Below, piece by piece: positions 17,182 to 26,057 of a stretch of 34,142 nt of DNA. A model generated the notes under the pieces. That model had not been told where the DNA came from. It did no database searches and saw only the letters and a list, made by a program, of their open reading frames with translations. The position numbers and the translations under genes were made by a program. How positions within the stretch are numbered: the first letter of the stretch is position 1; each line of letters starts with the position of its first letter. This DNA is from an uncultured bacterium (GTDB lineage Bacteria > Bacillota_I > Bacilli_A > RF39 > UBA660), in assembly GCA_900314225.1 (NCBI GenBank), contig OMUM01000185.1, positions 1 to 34,142 of the forward strand. The letters are read 5' to 3'.

Positions 17182-17234
17182 TATTTTAGTAAATATTGTT
17201 TTTAGCAATAAAATTTAGATAGGAGTTGATTTAG

Positions 17235-17546
17235 ATGGATCTTGATGCATGTGGTGGTTTACTTCCAATTGTTAAGGTTATTAGACAAGGACTTTTTCCT
17301 TTATTTCAAATAGGTATTCCAATAGTTTTAATTATATATGGAACAATTGATTTAGGTAAGGCAGTAATTGCTAGTGATGAGAAAGAAATAAAAGCCGCTC
17401 AAAGTAGATTAATAAAAAGATTTATATATGCTGCTATGGTATTCTTTGTAACTACCTTAGTTTCAGTTTTAATGAACATGATTTCAAAAGGTGGAGAAGG
17501 AGATACAACAAGTTGGAAATCATGCTGGAGAGCTGCTGGTAATTAG
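17235..17546 (+). CDS. VirB2/TrbC-like T4SS pilin-like protein (leaderless paralog)
   Basis: TAGGAG ribosome-binding site, with an in-frame TAG immediately upstream of the ATG. The 103-aa protein has two TM helices separated by a charged loop (ASDEKEIKAAQSRLIKRFIY). It aligns with 17621-17989, including the terminal Cys residues. Confidence 0.6.
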   Translation: MDLDACGGLLPIVKVIRQGLFPLFQIGIPIVLIIYGTIDLGKAVIASDEKEIKAAQSRLIKRFIYAAMVFFVTTLVSVLMNMISKGGEGDTTSWKSCWRAAGN

Positions 17547-17554
17547 TATTTTTA

Positions 17555-17582
17555 AAAAATAGTATTCTTACTATTTTTTTTG
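17555..17582 (+). terminator. weak hairpin plus T-run after the first pilin-like gene (possible partial terminator)
   Basis: aaaaatagta (17555-17564) pairs with tactattttt (17569-17578) around a ttct loop, and the T-run continues to 17581. An extended -10 TGtTATAAT (17583-17591) follows immediately. Confidence 0.4.
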
Positions 17583-17620
17583 TGTTATAATTTATGATAT
17601 AATAATGTCGGAGTGATTTC

Positions 17621-17989
17621 ATGAAAAATATTAAATCTTTTGTTTTTGTAATATTAACCAGTTTGTTAATCGTTCTACCATTAAATTCTTACGCTACAGA
17701 TTGTAGTGGATTATTAGGTAATCCTAATGACGAAAACAGTGTCGCTTGGTTAATTCAAACACTTTTAAATTATACAAGAATATTAGGCCCTCTTGCAGTT
17801 ATTATTTTAAGTAGTATTGATTTTGCTAATGTTATTATCCGTAGTGATGATGATGCAATGGCTAAAGCAAAGAAAAAGTTAATAAGAAGATTAATTATAA
17901 CTGCTTTACTTTTCTTCGTTCCAACAATAGCAAATGTATTACTAAATATATTTGGTATTACAGGTAATCCAACTTGTGGAATAAACTAG
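17621..17989 (+). CDS. VirB2/TrbC-like T4SS pilin-like protein (with Sec signal peptide)
   Basis: GGAGTGA ribosome-binding site and signal peptide ...LPLNSYA/TDC. Two TM helices flank the charged loop RSDDDAMAKAKKKLIRRLII. The C-terminus is NPTCGIN. Confidence 0.65.
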   Translation: MKNIKSFVFVILTSLLIVLPLNSYATDCSGLLGNPNDENSVAWLIQTLLNYTRILGPLAVIILSSIDFANVIIRSDDDAMAKAKKKLIRRLIITALLFFVPTIANVLLNIFGITGNPTCGIN

Positions 17990-18010
17990 AGGCAAATGAG
18001 GTGATATTTT

Positions 18011-20185
18011 ATGATAGAATCTGATTTAAGTGCACAAAATATAATTCTTGATGGAATTAGAAAAATCTTTTCCCTTCTAGATTTAGTTTTTTTTAATTTA
18101 ATGAATTTTATGTATCAACTATTTTTTAATGTCGCTTCTGCCGATATATTTAGTAATGATATGATACTAAAATTTTATGGTCGTATTCAGGTAATACTAG
18201 GAGTCTTTATGATGTTTCAATTGACTATGTCAATATTAAGAGGAATAGTTAATCCAGATGAATTTTTTGAAAGTGGAAAAGGGGTTAATGGAAGTGGATT
18301 TTCATCTATCATTATGAGAATTGTAACATCTCTTTTAATGCTTGCATTACTTACTCCAATTAGTATTCCAAATGCTAGTAATGAATATGAAAAACAGATA
18401 AATAATAATGGAATATTATTTGGTACATTATATTCTTTACAACACAGAATTCTTGCTAACAACACCTTAGGAAGACTAATTTTAGGTAATGAGAGTACTC
18501 AATCAAATTTATTAGATGATGATTCTGAAAATGATAGTGATAGTGAACTGGCAAAATCTTCTAGGACATTTACTTCCACAATTGTAAAAACTTTTTATAA
18601 AATAAATTTATTACCAGAAGATAAGAGAGCTAATCATTCAACTGATGGTGATGATGCTGGAGATCCAGAAAATAGAGTTTGTAGTGGTGATATAGATCAA
18701 GGCGGTTTTTTGACTAATTATAAGAAAGAAGATTCTGATTTTAACGAAATTATATTATCAGTTAATGATACTTGTGATACTAGCAGCATTCCATTTTTCA
18801 ATGCTATTTCAAAAGCTTTAAAATCATTAATTGGAAGTAATCATTATTTAGTTGCTTATACTTATTTCTTAGGAGGAGTAACTGCATTAATTTTTTCAGC
18901 AATTTTGCTTTCTTTCACAATAGATGTTGCTATACGAGCAATTAAGTTAGCTATACTGAGATTAATTGCTCCAATTCCAATTATTAGTTATATGGATCCT
19001 AAACAAGGAAAAGATGGCTCATTCAAGGCCTGGACAAAAACATTATCTACAACATATCTAGATTTATTTTTAAGATTATCAATTATCTACTTTGCCTTCT
19101 TCTTAATAGAAAGTATAATGACAGGTGGTTTACAAATTAATACAACTAGTGGTATAGTTGGAGGATTATCAACATTAATCATTTATATTGCTATATTTAT
19201 ATTTGCCTTCCAAGCACCTAAGTTTATTAAAGAAGCATTAGGTATAAAAGATAGCTTTAGTTTATTTGGAGGATTTGGTTCTATTTTAGGTGGTGCTGCA
19301 CTTGCTGCTGGAACTATTGGTTCAGCAGTAACTGGTGCCCGTTCTAGTTGGGCAGTAACGAGAGATGGAGAAGGAATCCATAAATTTGGTGCATTAAATG
19401 TAGGTCGAGCTATAGCCGGTGGAATAGCAGGTGGAGTTACTGGGGTTAGTGCTGCAGCTAAAGCTTTGAGTAGTGCTAAAGATCATCCTGGAAGTGCTGT
19501 AATACAAGCTTATCAAAAACAAAATGCTGCAAAGTATTCTCAAGGTGATGCTGGTTCAACATTGTTTGGTCGTATCGGAACAACAGCTACAAGATTATTT
19601 ACCGGTGAATCAACTGCTTCTAGAAATGAAAGAAACATTTCTAATCTTGAAGCTAGACAAAGTGCTTTGGATGCTATTAAAAAGCGTGTTAGTGGAGAAA
19701 TGGTAAAACAAGATTGGACATATGGTTCTTTAGGAATTAATGATAATAGAGGAAATACAATTGGAAATGTAAATTATAAAAGTTTTATGGCAGAGTATGA
19801 GGCTGCAAAATCTAGAGGTGATGGTATAGTAAGATTTACTGATCAGTCTGGTACACAGCACGAGATAAGTTTTGCCGATGCTGATCGTCAAAAGGGATAT
19901 TTGCTTAAAAACAATGAGGATAGTTATATTAGAGAAATTGTTAATGGCACTAATGGACATACTGATGTTGAACTTACAAGTTTGATTCAAGATGCTCAAG
20001 CAAAAGGTGGAGCTTACTTATATGATAGTGTCACTAATTCATATCTTTCTAATACTAGTGGTGGTGTTATTAACTCTAGGGATTCTTATACAAAGACATC
20101 AGAAGGTATTGGACAAGAAATTCGTGATGCTAAACGTGCAAATTCTAAGGCTAAGGCTGATGATATGTATGCTGGTAAAAAATAA
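18011..20185 (+). CDS. VirB6/TrbL-like polytopic T4SS channel protein with a long soluble C-terminal domain
   Basis: GAGGTGA ribosome-binding site. The 724-aa protein has multiple TM helices across the first 460 aa or so, including Gly-rich helices (GGFGSILGGAALAAGTIGSAVTGA). A hydrophilic tail of about 250 aa follows. Its position between the VirB2-like and VirB3/VirB4-like genes is canonical. Confidence 0.6.
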   Translation: MIESDLSAQNIILDGIRKIFSLLDLVFFNLMNFMYQLFFNVASADIFSNDMILKFYGRIQVILGVFMMFQLTMSILRGIVNPDEFFESGKGVNGSGFSSIIMRIVTSLLMLALLTPISIPNASNEYEKQINNNGILFGTLYSLQHRILANNTLGRLILGNESTQSNLLDDDSENDSDSELAKSSRTFTSTIVKTFYKINLLPEDKRANHSTDGDDAGDPENRVCSGDIDQGGFLTNYKKEDSDFNEIILSVNDTCDTSSIPFFNAISKALKSLIGSNHYLVAYTYFLGGVTALIFSAILLSFTIDVAIRAIKLAILRLIAPIPIISYMDPKQGKDGSFKAWTKTLSTTYLDLFLRLSIIYFAFFLIESIMTGGLQINTTSGIVGGLSTLIIYIAIFIFAFQAPKFIKEALGIKDSFSLFGGFGSILGGAALAAGTIGSAVTGARSSWAVTRDGEGIHKFGALNVGRAIAGGIAGGVTGVSAAAKALSSAKDHPGSAVIQAYQKQNAAKYSQGDAGSTLFGRIGTTATRLFTGESTASRNERNISNLEARQSALDAIKKRVSGEMVKQDWTYGSLGINDNRGNTIGNVNYKSFMAEYEAAKSRGDGIVRFTDQSGTQHEISFADADRQKGYLLKNNEDSYIREIVNGTNGHTDVELTSLIQDAQAKGGAYLYDSVTNSYLSNTSGGVINSRDSYTKTSEGIGQEIRDAKRANSKAKADDMYAGKK

Positions 20186-20199
20186 TATAAAGTTGGAGT

Positions 20200-20529
20200 G
20201 TGATACATGTGTATAATAACTATTTAATCCCTGCCAATACTAAGAGGGGACAATTAATATTAGGTATTTTTAGACCAATAGATTTATATTTATTTGGTAG
20301 TGGAGTATTTGTAACAATTATATTGCTTGCTTTTTGTCCATTGTCATCAACAGCCGTTACAATTCTCGTTTTAAGTCCGGCTTTAATTACTGCGTTTTTG
20401 GTAATGCCGGTACCATATTATCATAATATGTTAGTTGTTATATTAGAGGCTTATCAGTTTTTTACTAATAGGCAAACATATAGATGGAAAGGTTGGTGTT
20501 ATAAAAGTGGCAAAACAAGGAAGCGTTAG
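20200..20529 (+). CDS. PrgI/VirB3-like small T4SS membrane protein
   Basis: The N-terminal segment IPANTKRGQLILGIFRPIDLYLFGSG followed by two TM helices is the PrgI-family pattern. The true start may be GTG 20209, because GGAG at 20195-20198 is too close to 20200. The ORF overlaps the next one by 23 nt. Confidence 0.6.
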   Translation: MIHVYNNYLIPANTKRGQLILGIFRPIDLYLFGSGVFVTIILLAFCPLSSTAVTILVLSPALITAFLVMPVPYYHNMLVVILEAYQFFTNRQTYRWKGWCYKSGKTRKR

Positions 20530-21058
20530 TGGTTTTACAGAAGATTGGTTACCTGTAAGAGCTATTCAAAATAATATGATTATTACAAGAAATGGATTTA
20601 AAGTTACAGGAGTTAAAATTACTCCTAAAAATATATTTATTTTAGATCCAGATACACAAGATAATATACTAATTGGTCTAAGAAACTTCTACAATACAAT
20701 AGACTATGAATTTTGGCTAGTTGTTGCCGATAGACCAGTTGATATATCAGTTTATATGTCTCAAATGCAATTACTTCTTAATGAAACAACATCTCCAGCA
20801 GTCAGAAAACTTATTTTACAAGACATAGATAAAGGAGAAAAATTCATTAGAAATAATGTTGTCGACACAGAGTATTATTTCTTATTTAAATCAAAGGATA
20901 CAGATTTATTACAGAAACGTGTTAGACAAATGATTAATGGACTTGCTACTTGTGGAATGAATGCATCTCTTGCAAGTAATTCTGATTTAAGATTAATACT
21001 TGAAAACTTCCTTAATGGAGGTAATACTACAGAGTTTGGAACGGTGATGCCAGTATGA
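20507..21058 (+). CDS. VirB4-family ATPase, N-terminal fragment encoded as a separate ORF
   Basis: GTG start. The segment EDWLPVRAIQNNMIITRNGFKVTGVKITPKNIFILDPDTQDNILIGLRNFYNTIDYEFWLVV matches the characteristic N-terminus of Gram-positive VirB4/TraE-like proteins. The stop overlaps the next start (ATGA, 21055-21058). Confidence 0.7.
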   Translation: MAKQGSVSGFTEDWLPVRAIQNNMIITRNGFKVTGVKITPKNIFILDPDTQDNILIGLRNFYNTIDYEFWLVVADRPVDISVYMSQMQLLLNETTSPAVRKLILQDIDKGEKFIRNNVVDTEYYFLFKSKDTDLLQKRVRQMINGLATCGMNASLASNSDLRLILENFLNGGNTTEFGTVMPV

Positions 21059-22851
21059 GTATAGGTTTAAGAAGTCAATTAGCACCTAAGGGGCTAGATT
21101 TTAAAAGTGATCCAAGTTCTTTCTTTATTAGTGATAAATATGCAACTATATTAACTGTTGTATCATATCCGAAGTATATTTCACCAGGTTATTTATCATC
21201 TCTTACTAACATGTCTGGAATAAAGGTTGTAATTAAACACATCCCCGTTCCCTTTCAAGATATGGCTAAAATGTTAAATAAACAAGTAGCTGATTTGAAA
21301 GAAAGATATCAAAATGAAAGAGATCAGACCGTAAGAGAAAGAATTAGACAAGATGCCGAAAGTTTGGAATATTTTACTTCAATGCTTGCTGGTAGTCAGG
21401 CTCGTATTTTCGACTTTCAAATGCATATCATGATTACAGCTGATACTAAAGAAGATCTTGAATTAAAAAAATTAAATGTTAAAAATTATCTTGACGCCAT
21501 GGAATTAAAAGCAGTAGCCTTAAGATTTGAACAAGAAAAAGTATTAAAATCAATTATTCCTGTTTTCCCATCTCAAGATATTGAGCAAAGAATTGGAACT
21601 CCAATTCCATCTGTTACAATCAGTGCCATGTATCCATTCATATTTGATAGTTTAAAAGATCCAGGCTTATCTACTTTACTTGGTGTAGATTTTTCTGGTG
21701 GAGTAATTCTATTCAATCAATTCTTATATAAAATACGTAAAGAAAATAATAGAAATAATGCAAATATGATTATTCTTGGAACATCTGGTTCAGGTAAAAG
21801 TACAGCAGCTAAACTTCTTTTAAGAACACATATTAGAAATGGTTGTCAAATAGTCATAATTGACCCTGAAGATGAATTCAGAGAAATTACCAGATCATTT
21901 GGAGGAGACACTGTTGATATTGGTAAAGGTGGAGAATATGGACTTATTAATCCACTTGAAATTGTTATAGATGCTGATGAAGAAGAAATTAGACAAGGAC
22001 TTGGCTATACAGTTTTGACCAGAACCCTTCAATTTTTAAAAGCATTTATGAAATACTATGATCCTTCAATTGAAGAATCTGTTCTAACAATGTTTTCTGA
22101 AGTTGTTCAAGATACATATAAAAGATTTGGTATAGATTTTAATACAGACTTTTCTAGATTTACCTCAGCTGATTATCCTACTTTTAGTGATGTGTATGCA
22201 ACTATAAAAGGTCGACTTATGTCAATGACTGAACAGTCACAAGAACGCGATATTATGGAAAAACTAGAACTAAAAGTTAGGCCGATTACAAAAGAATTAA
22301 GATTCTATTTTGATGGTCATACAACTTTGAAAAAAGGTAGCGATTTCATGGTATTTAATATTAAGGAATTAATGAACAGTGATTCTAATGTAAGAAATGC
22401 CTTATTCTTTAATGTATTAAAATATGCTTGGGGACTATGTCTAGATTTCAACGTTGATACAGTATTAATGGTTGATGAAGCACACGTATTATTAGGTGAC
22501 AATAATGCTCTAGGTGCTGACTTTTTAGCACAAGTTCAAAGACGTGCTCGTAAATATAATACAGGAACAATAATAATCACCCAGCAACCTTCAGACTTTT
22601 CTGATCCTTCTGTTATTACACAAGGTAAAGCAATTTTTGATAACTCATCATATTATCTTGTTATGGGACTTAGAAAGCAAGCTGTTGAAGATTTATCAAA
22701 ATTAATTGATTTAAATGAAAGTGAAAAAGAAAGTATAAAACATTATTCTCAAGGAGAGGCCTTATTTGTATGTGGAAATAGAAGAATGAGAATTAATGTT
22801 GCGGTTACGCAAGAGGAACTAGACTCCTTTGGTATCGGAGGCGGTTTCTAA
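21055..22851 (+). CDS. virB4: VirB4-family T4SS ATPase, C-terminal part with the NTPase domain
   Basis: GGTGA ribosome-binding site at 21043-21047. Walker A is ILGTSGSGKSTAAKL and Walker B is VLMVDEAHVLL. The two ORFs give 183 + 598 aa, which together equal the usual length of about 780 aa. Confidence 0.88.
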   Translation: MSIGLRSQLAPKGLDFKSDPSSFFISDKYATILTVVSYPKYISPGYLSSLTNMSGIKVVIKHIPVPFQDMAKMLNKQVADLKERYQNERDQTVRERIRQDAESLEYFTSMLAGSQARIFDFQMHIMITADTKEDLELKKLNVKNYLDAMELKAVALRFEQEKVLKSIIPVFPSQDIEQRIGTPIPSVTISAMYPFIFDSLKDPGLSTLLGVDFSGGVILFNQFLYKIRKENNRNNANMIILGTSGSGKSTAAKLLLRTHIRNGCQIVIIDPEDEFREITRSFGGDTVDIGKGGEYGLINPLEIVIDADEEEIRQGLGYTVLTRTLQFLKAFMKYYDPSIEESVLTMFSEVVQDTYKRFGIDFNTDFSRFTSADYPTFSDVYATIKGRLMSMTEQSQERDIMEKLELKVRPITKELRFYFDGHTTLKKGSDFMVFNIKELMNSDSNVRNALFFNVLKYAWGLCLDFNVDTVLMVDEAHVLLGDNNALGADFLAQVQRRARKYNTGTIIITQQPSDFSDPSVITQGKAIFDNSSYYLVMGLRKQAVEDLSKLIDLNESEKESIKHYSQGEALFVCGNRRMRINVAVTQEELDSFGIGGGF

Positions 22852-22871
22852 AATAAATATTTAAGTGTTAG

Positions 22872-25211
22872 GTGGTGGTATCAGTGGCAAAGCAAAATAA
22901 TCAAACAAGTGAAGAAAATGAAACAGCACGAGCTAATAAAAATAATGCTAATAATATAAGAAATGCTGCTGATATTGCTATAGCTTCAAAGAATCCATAT
23001 GCTATGGCTGCTGGTGGAGCTGTTAAAGCAGCTGATAAATTAACCGGTGGAAAAGCATCTGAAGCCTTAGGTAAAGCACTAACGCATGCTAACAGTAGCA
23101 TGCCTGGAGGAAATCTACGACAAAAAGCTTTAAATAATATAAATGAAAGTGGTTTGGGAGACAAAGTAGGAAAAGCTGTCTCAATGAAAAATCAAATGGC
23201 TGGTAAAAATGGTACTAGTAAAGCCAATGAAGATTCTAAGCCAAATAATACTGAAAAAAGCAATAAAAATAACAATCAAAATAATATTCCTACTAATAAT
23301 GCAAATACTTCTGGAGGAGAACAAAACAGTTCTCCTTCTTCTAGTACACCAAGAGCTCCTTTTAGAGATAGCTTTTTTGACAAGCATAAAAATGATAATG
23401 CGAAAGATGATTCTGCTAAATCTAAAAGTTCTGGAATTTTTTCTGGAATGGGAACAATAACAAAAGTAATAATCATTTCCTACTTTCTTGGGATACTTGG
23501 TATTATTCTTTTTATAATATTGATACTAAGCATTGTAAATTCTAATATATCTAATTATGATGACGCTTTTGGTATTAGCCAAGAAATGGGAGAAGAAACA
23601 GGCAACTATATCCATGGTGGAAGTACAGAACAAAATGATTTTTATAAAAGAATTAATAATGTTAAATTAAGCTATCAAGCAGAAGGAAAATCAATAGATG
23701 GTTTGAAAATAGTTGCTGTTTATACTATTTTGAAAAAAAATGGAGCAAATGTTAGCTATGACAAATTTGGCGAATCAGAAATCAAAGAAATTGCCGACGC
23801 CATGTTTGATGAAAGTAATACATATAATGAAGAAACATTTAAAAACAATTTAATTAACAACATATTTCCTAAATATTTGCCTGAGTCTACTAAAAGTGAA
23901 AGAAAAAATATGGCTGATGATGTTTTCGAGTATATAGATAATTACTATAGTCTGATTGGAAAAGAAAAAAATAGTGATTCTGTCTGTTCATCTACTGGAA
24001 GTTGTAGTTATAATATAAAAGGTTATTATATTAATGGAAAAGGTAATGTTAAAGAAGATATTCAAATAAGCAATTTATATGTTAGATTGATGCAATGTGG
24101 AACAGGAAATGGACATAATTATGGTGGTACTTTTGGACAACCATTAGAAGGTGAAGAATTAGTTCCATTTGAAAAATATGTTTTAGGAGTTGCCTATCAA
24201 GAAATTGGACCAAGTTCACCAAAAGAAGCAATTAAAGCACAAATGATTGCAGCAAGAAGCTTTATATTGGCTCGTCATGCTGATATGGGTGGATGGAGAA
24301 CCTTAAAAGAAGAAAGTGATGGCAAATGGGTTTTACAAGTTGCAGCTTGTACACAAGATCAAGTATATTGTGATCCAGATAAAGGTTGCTCTGGAACTGA
24401 TGGACAATGGGGACAAGTATATAGTGGATTAGGACACGGTTCATTTCAAAGAGCTGCCATGGCCAAAGATTCACCGCTTAGAACCTATGCTAATGAAACC
24501 GCCGGAGAAGTGCTAGTAAATAATCAAGGCTATATAGTATACACAGATTATGGATCAACAATTCAAAATAAATTTATAAGTTTAGCTAAATCAGGTCTTG
24601 ATTATAAGCAAATATTATTACAGGTCTATGGTGGACAAAAGCATAATGCTTCTAGTATCCAAAAAAACAACTGTGGTGGTTCATCTTGTGTCAATGCTGC
24701 CAGTGGAGATTATGCTAATTGGAAGCAATATCAAGGTTCTTGGATTAATGTTCAAGTTGGTAATAGCGGTAGAACAATTAAAGATATTGGTTGTTTAGTT
24801 ACATCTGTATCAATGCAAATAGCAAGAAGTGGAGTTCAAACAAATATTTCAAACTTTAATCCTGGTACTTTTGTAGAGTATCTAAATTCTCATGGAGGAT
24901 TTGCCTCAGGTGGAAACTTTGTATGGTCAGCCGCAACATCCGCTGCTCCTTCATTTAAATTTGTTGGTAAAGCAAGTCTTTCAGGATTATCAAAAGATCA
25001 AAAATTAAATAAAATAAAAGAAGTAGTTAATCAAAGTGAAGTATATGCGGTAGCAGAAGTTAAAGGTAATACTGGACAACATTGGGTAGCAATTGATAGA
25101 GTAGAAGGCGATAAAGTTTATATGATGGACCCAGGAAGTACAGCAACTGATATGTGGGCACAATATCCTTGGTCAAATACTTCAGAAATAGCTTACTATA
25201 GAGTAGGATAG
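22872..25211 (+). CDS. membrane-anchored bifunctional cell-wall hydrolase (SpoIID/LytB-like domain plus papain-fold C39-like or CHAP-like cysteine peptidase domain); VirB1 functional analog
   Basis: The start is GTG 22872 or GTG 22884, after AGGTGGTGG. It has a low-complexity N-terminal region of about 195 aa and a TM (VIIISYFLGILGIILFIILILSIV). The SpoIID signature is YVLGVAYQEIGPSSPKEAIKAQMIAARSFILAR...CTQDQVYC...TAGEVLV. The C-terminal domain has Cys (DIGCLVTSVSMQIA), His (GQHWVAID) and Asp (YMMDPGS). Confidence 0.75.
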   Translation: MVVSVAKQNNQTSEENETARANKNNANNIRNAADIAIASKNPYAMAAGGAVKAADKLTGGKASEALGKALTHANSSMPGGNLRQKALNNINESGLGDKVGKAVSMKNQMAGKNGTSKANEDSKPNNTEKSNKNNNQNNIPTNNANTSGGEQNSSPSSSTPRAPFRDSFFDKHKNDNAKDDSAKSKSSGIFSGMGTITKVIIISYFLGILGIILFIILILSIVNSNISNYDDAFGISQEMGEETGNYIHGGSTEQNDFYKRINNVKLSYQAEGKSIDGLKIVAVYTILKKNGANVSYDKFGESEIKEIADAMFDESNTYNEETFKNNLINNIFPKYLPESTKSERKNMADDVFEYIDNYYSLIGKEKNSDSVCSSTGSCSYNIKGYYINGKGNVKEDIQISNLYVRLMQCGTGNGHNYGGTFGQPLEGEELVPFEKYVLGVAYQEIGPSSPKEAIKAQMIAARSFILARHADMGGWRTLKEESDGKWVLQVAACTQDQVYCDPDKGCSGTDGQWGQVYSGLGHGSFQRAAMAKDSPLRTYANETAGEVLVNNQGYIVYTDYGSTIQNKFISLAKSGLDYKQILLQVYGGQKHNASSIQKNNCGGSSCVNAASGDYANWKQYQGSWINVQVGNSGRTIKDIGCLVTSVSMQIARSGVQTNISNFNPGTFVEYLNSHGGFASGGNFVWSAATSAAPSFKFVGKASLSGLSKDQKLNKIKEVVNQSEVYAVAEVKGNTGQHWVAIDRVEGDKVYMMDPGSTATDMWAQYPWSNTSEIAYYRVG

Positions 25212-25219
25212 GTGATAAA

Positions 25220-25996
25220 ATGGATAATAAAAAAACTTATATATTTTTAATGACAATAGTTATAGCCTTTGGAATAATAATGTATTTTGTCTTTGCTAAA
25301 CCAAATATTAAAAGTGGGAAAGATTCAGCTACTTTTATTGTAGGAGATAATACTATTTGGAAATATAATAATAAAAAATGGCTAAATATTACATTATCAT
25401 CTTCTATAAAAAAACTAAATTGGCAAAAATATAAAGTTTTTTCTGATAATAAATTTCTTGGTACCTATCAACTAATGTATAATGATAAATGGTATGCTTT
25501 TACTGATAAAAATAAAGCAGTAAATTTAAATGGAAAAATTTTTGCTTATAAATCAAATTACAATATTAATTTATTGCAATTTGAAAGTAAAGAAATAACT
25601 CCTGATGATTACGTTTATCAAGTATTATCTAATAATAATATTAGTTTATCAAGTAAGCTTACATCATTATCAAAAACTGATATTGATTTTGATAATGATG
25701 GAAAGCTAGAATCATTTTATATAGTTAGTAATGCCTTTGCTGATAATTTTAGTCCTGAATATACATTTGCTTTTGTATTTATGGTAAAAGATAAACAGAT
25801 ATATGAAATATATAAAGACATAAGTAAAAATGAATTTTATAATGGTTGTAAACCATATTTTACATCTTTTTTAGATATTAATAATGATAATATATATGAG
25901 TTTATTTTAAGTTGTGGAAAATATAGTATAGAAGAAGAAGTCAATATGTTATATCAACTTGATAATGATAACTTTAAAATATTAATTTCTAATTAA
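25220..25996 (+). CDS. N-terminally anchored extracytoplasmic protein, function unknown (positional candidate for a VirB8/TcpC-like scaffold)
   Basis: AGGTGA ribosome-binding site and TM IFLMTIVIAFGIIMYFVF. There are two Asp/Asn-rich loops, DFDNDGKLE and DINNDNIYE. I recognise no diagnostic motif. Confidence 0.5.
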   Translation: MDNKKTYIFLMTIVIAFGIIMYFVFAKPNIKSGKDSATFIVGDNTIWKYNNKKWLNITLSSSIKKLNWQKYKVFSDNKFLGTYQLMYNDKWYAFTDKNKAVNLNGKIFAYKSNYNINLLQFESKEITPDDYVYQVLSNNNISLSSKLTSLSKTDIDFDNDGKLESFYIVSNAFADNFSPEYTFAFVFMVKDKQIYEIYKDISKNEFYNGCKPYFTSFLDINNDNIYEFILSCGKYSIEEEVNMLYQLDNDNFKILISN

Positions 25997-26002
25997 TAAA
26001 TA

Positions 26003-26031
26003 ATGACATTAGTTAAAAGTTACGTTATAAT
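26003..26031 (+). promoter_or_regulatory. sigma-A-type promoter P5 in front of the coupling-protein gene
   Basis: aTGACA (26003-26008), 17-nt spacer, TATAAT (26026-26031). Confidence 0.6.
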
Positions 26032-26057
26032 AAAAACTAGAAAGGGAGTAGTGATAT

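Noticed and set aside
21056-21058. Genetic code 4 (TGA = Trp), considered because of the Mollicutes-like AT richness.
   Set aside because: All long ORFs are complete with full motif sets under the standard code, and Trp is encoded by TGG throughout. Reading TGA 21056-21058 as Trp would extend that ORF by only two codons, to TAG.
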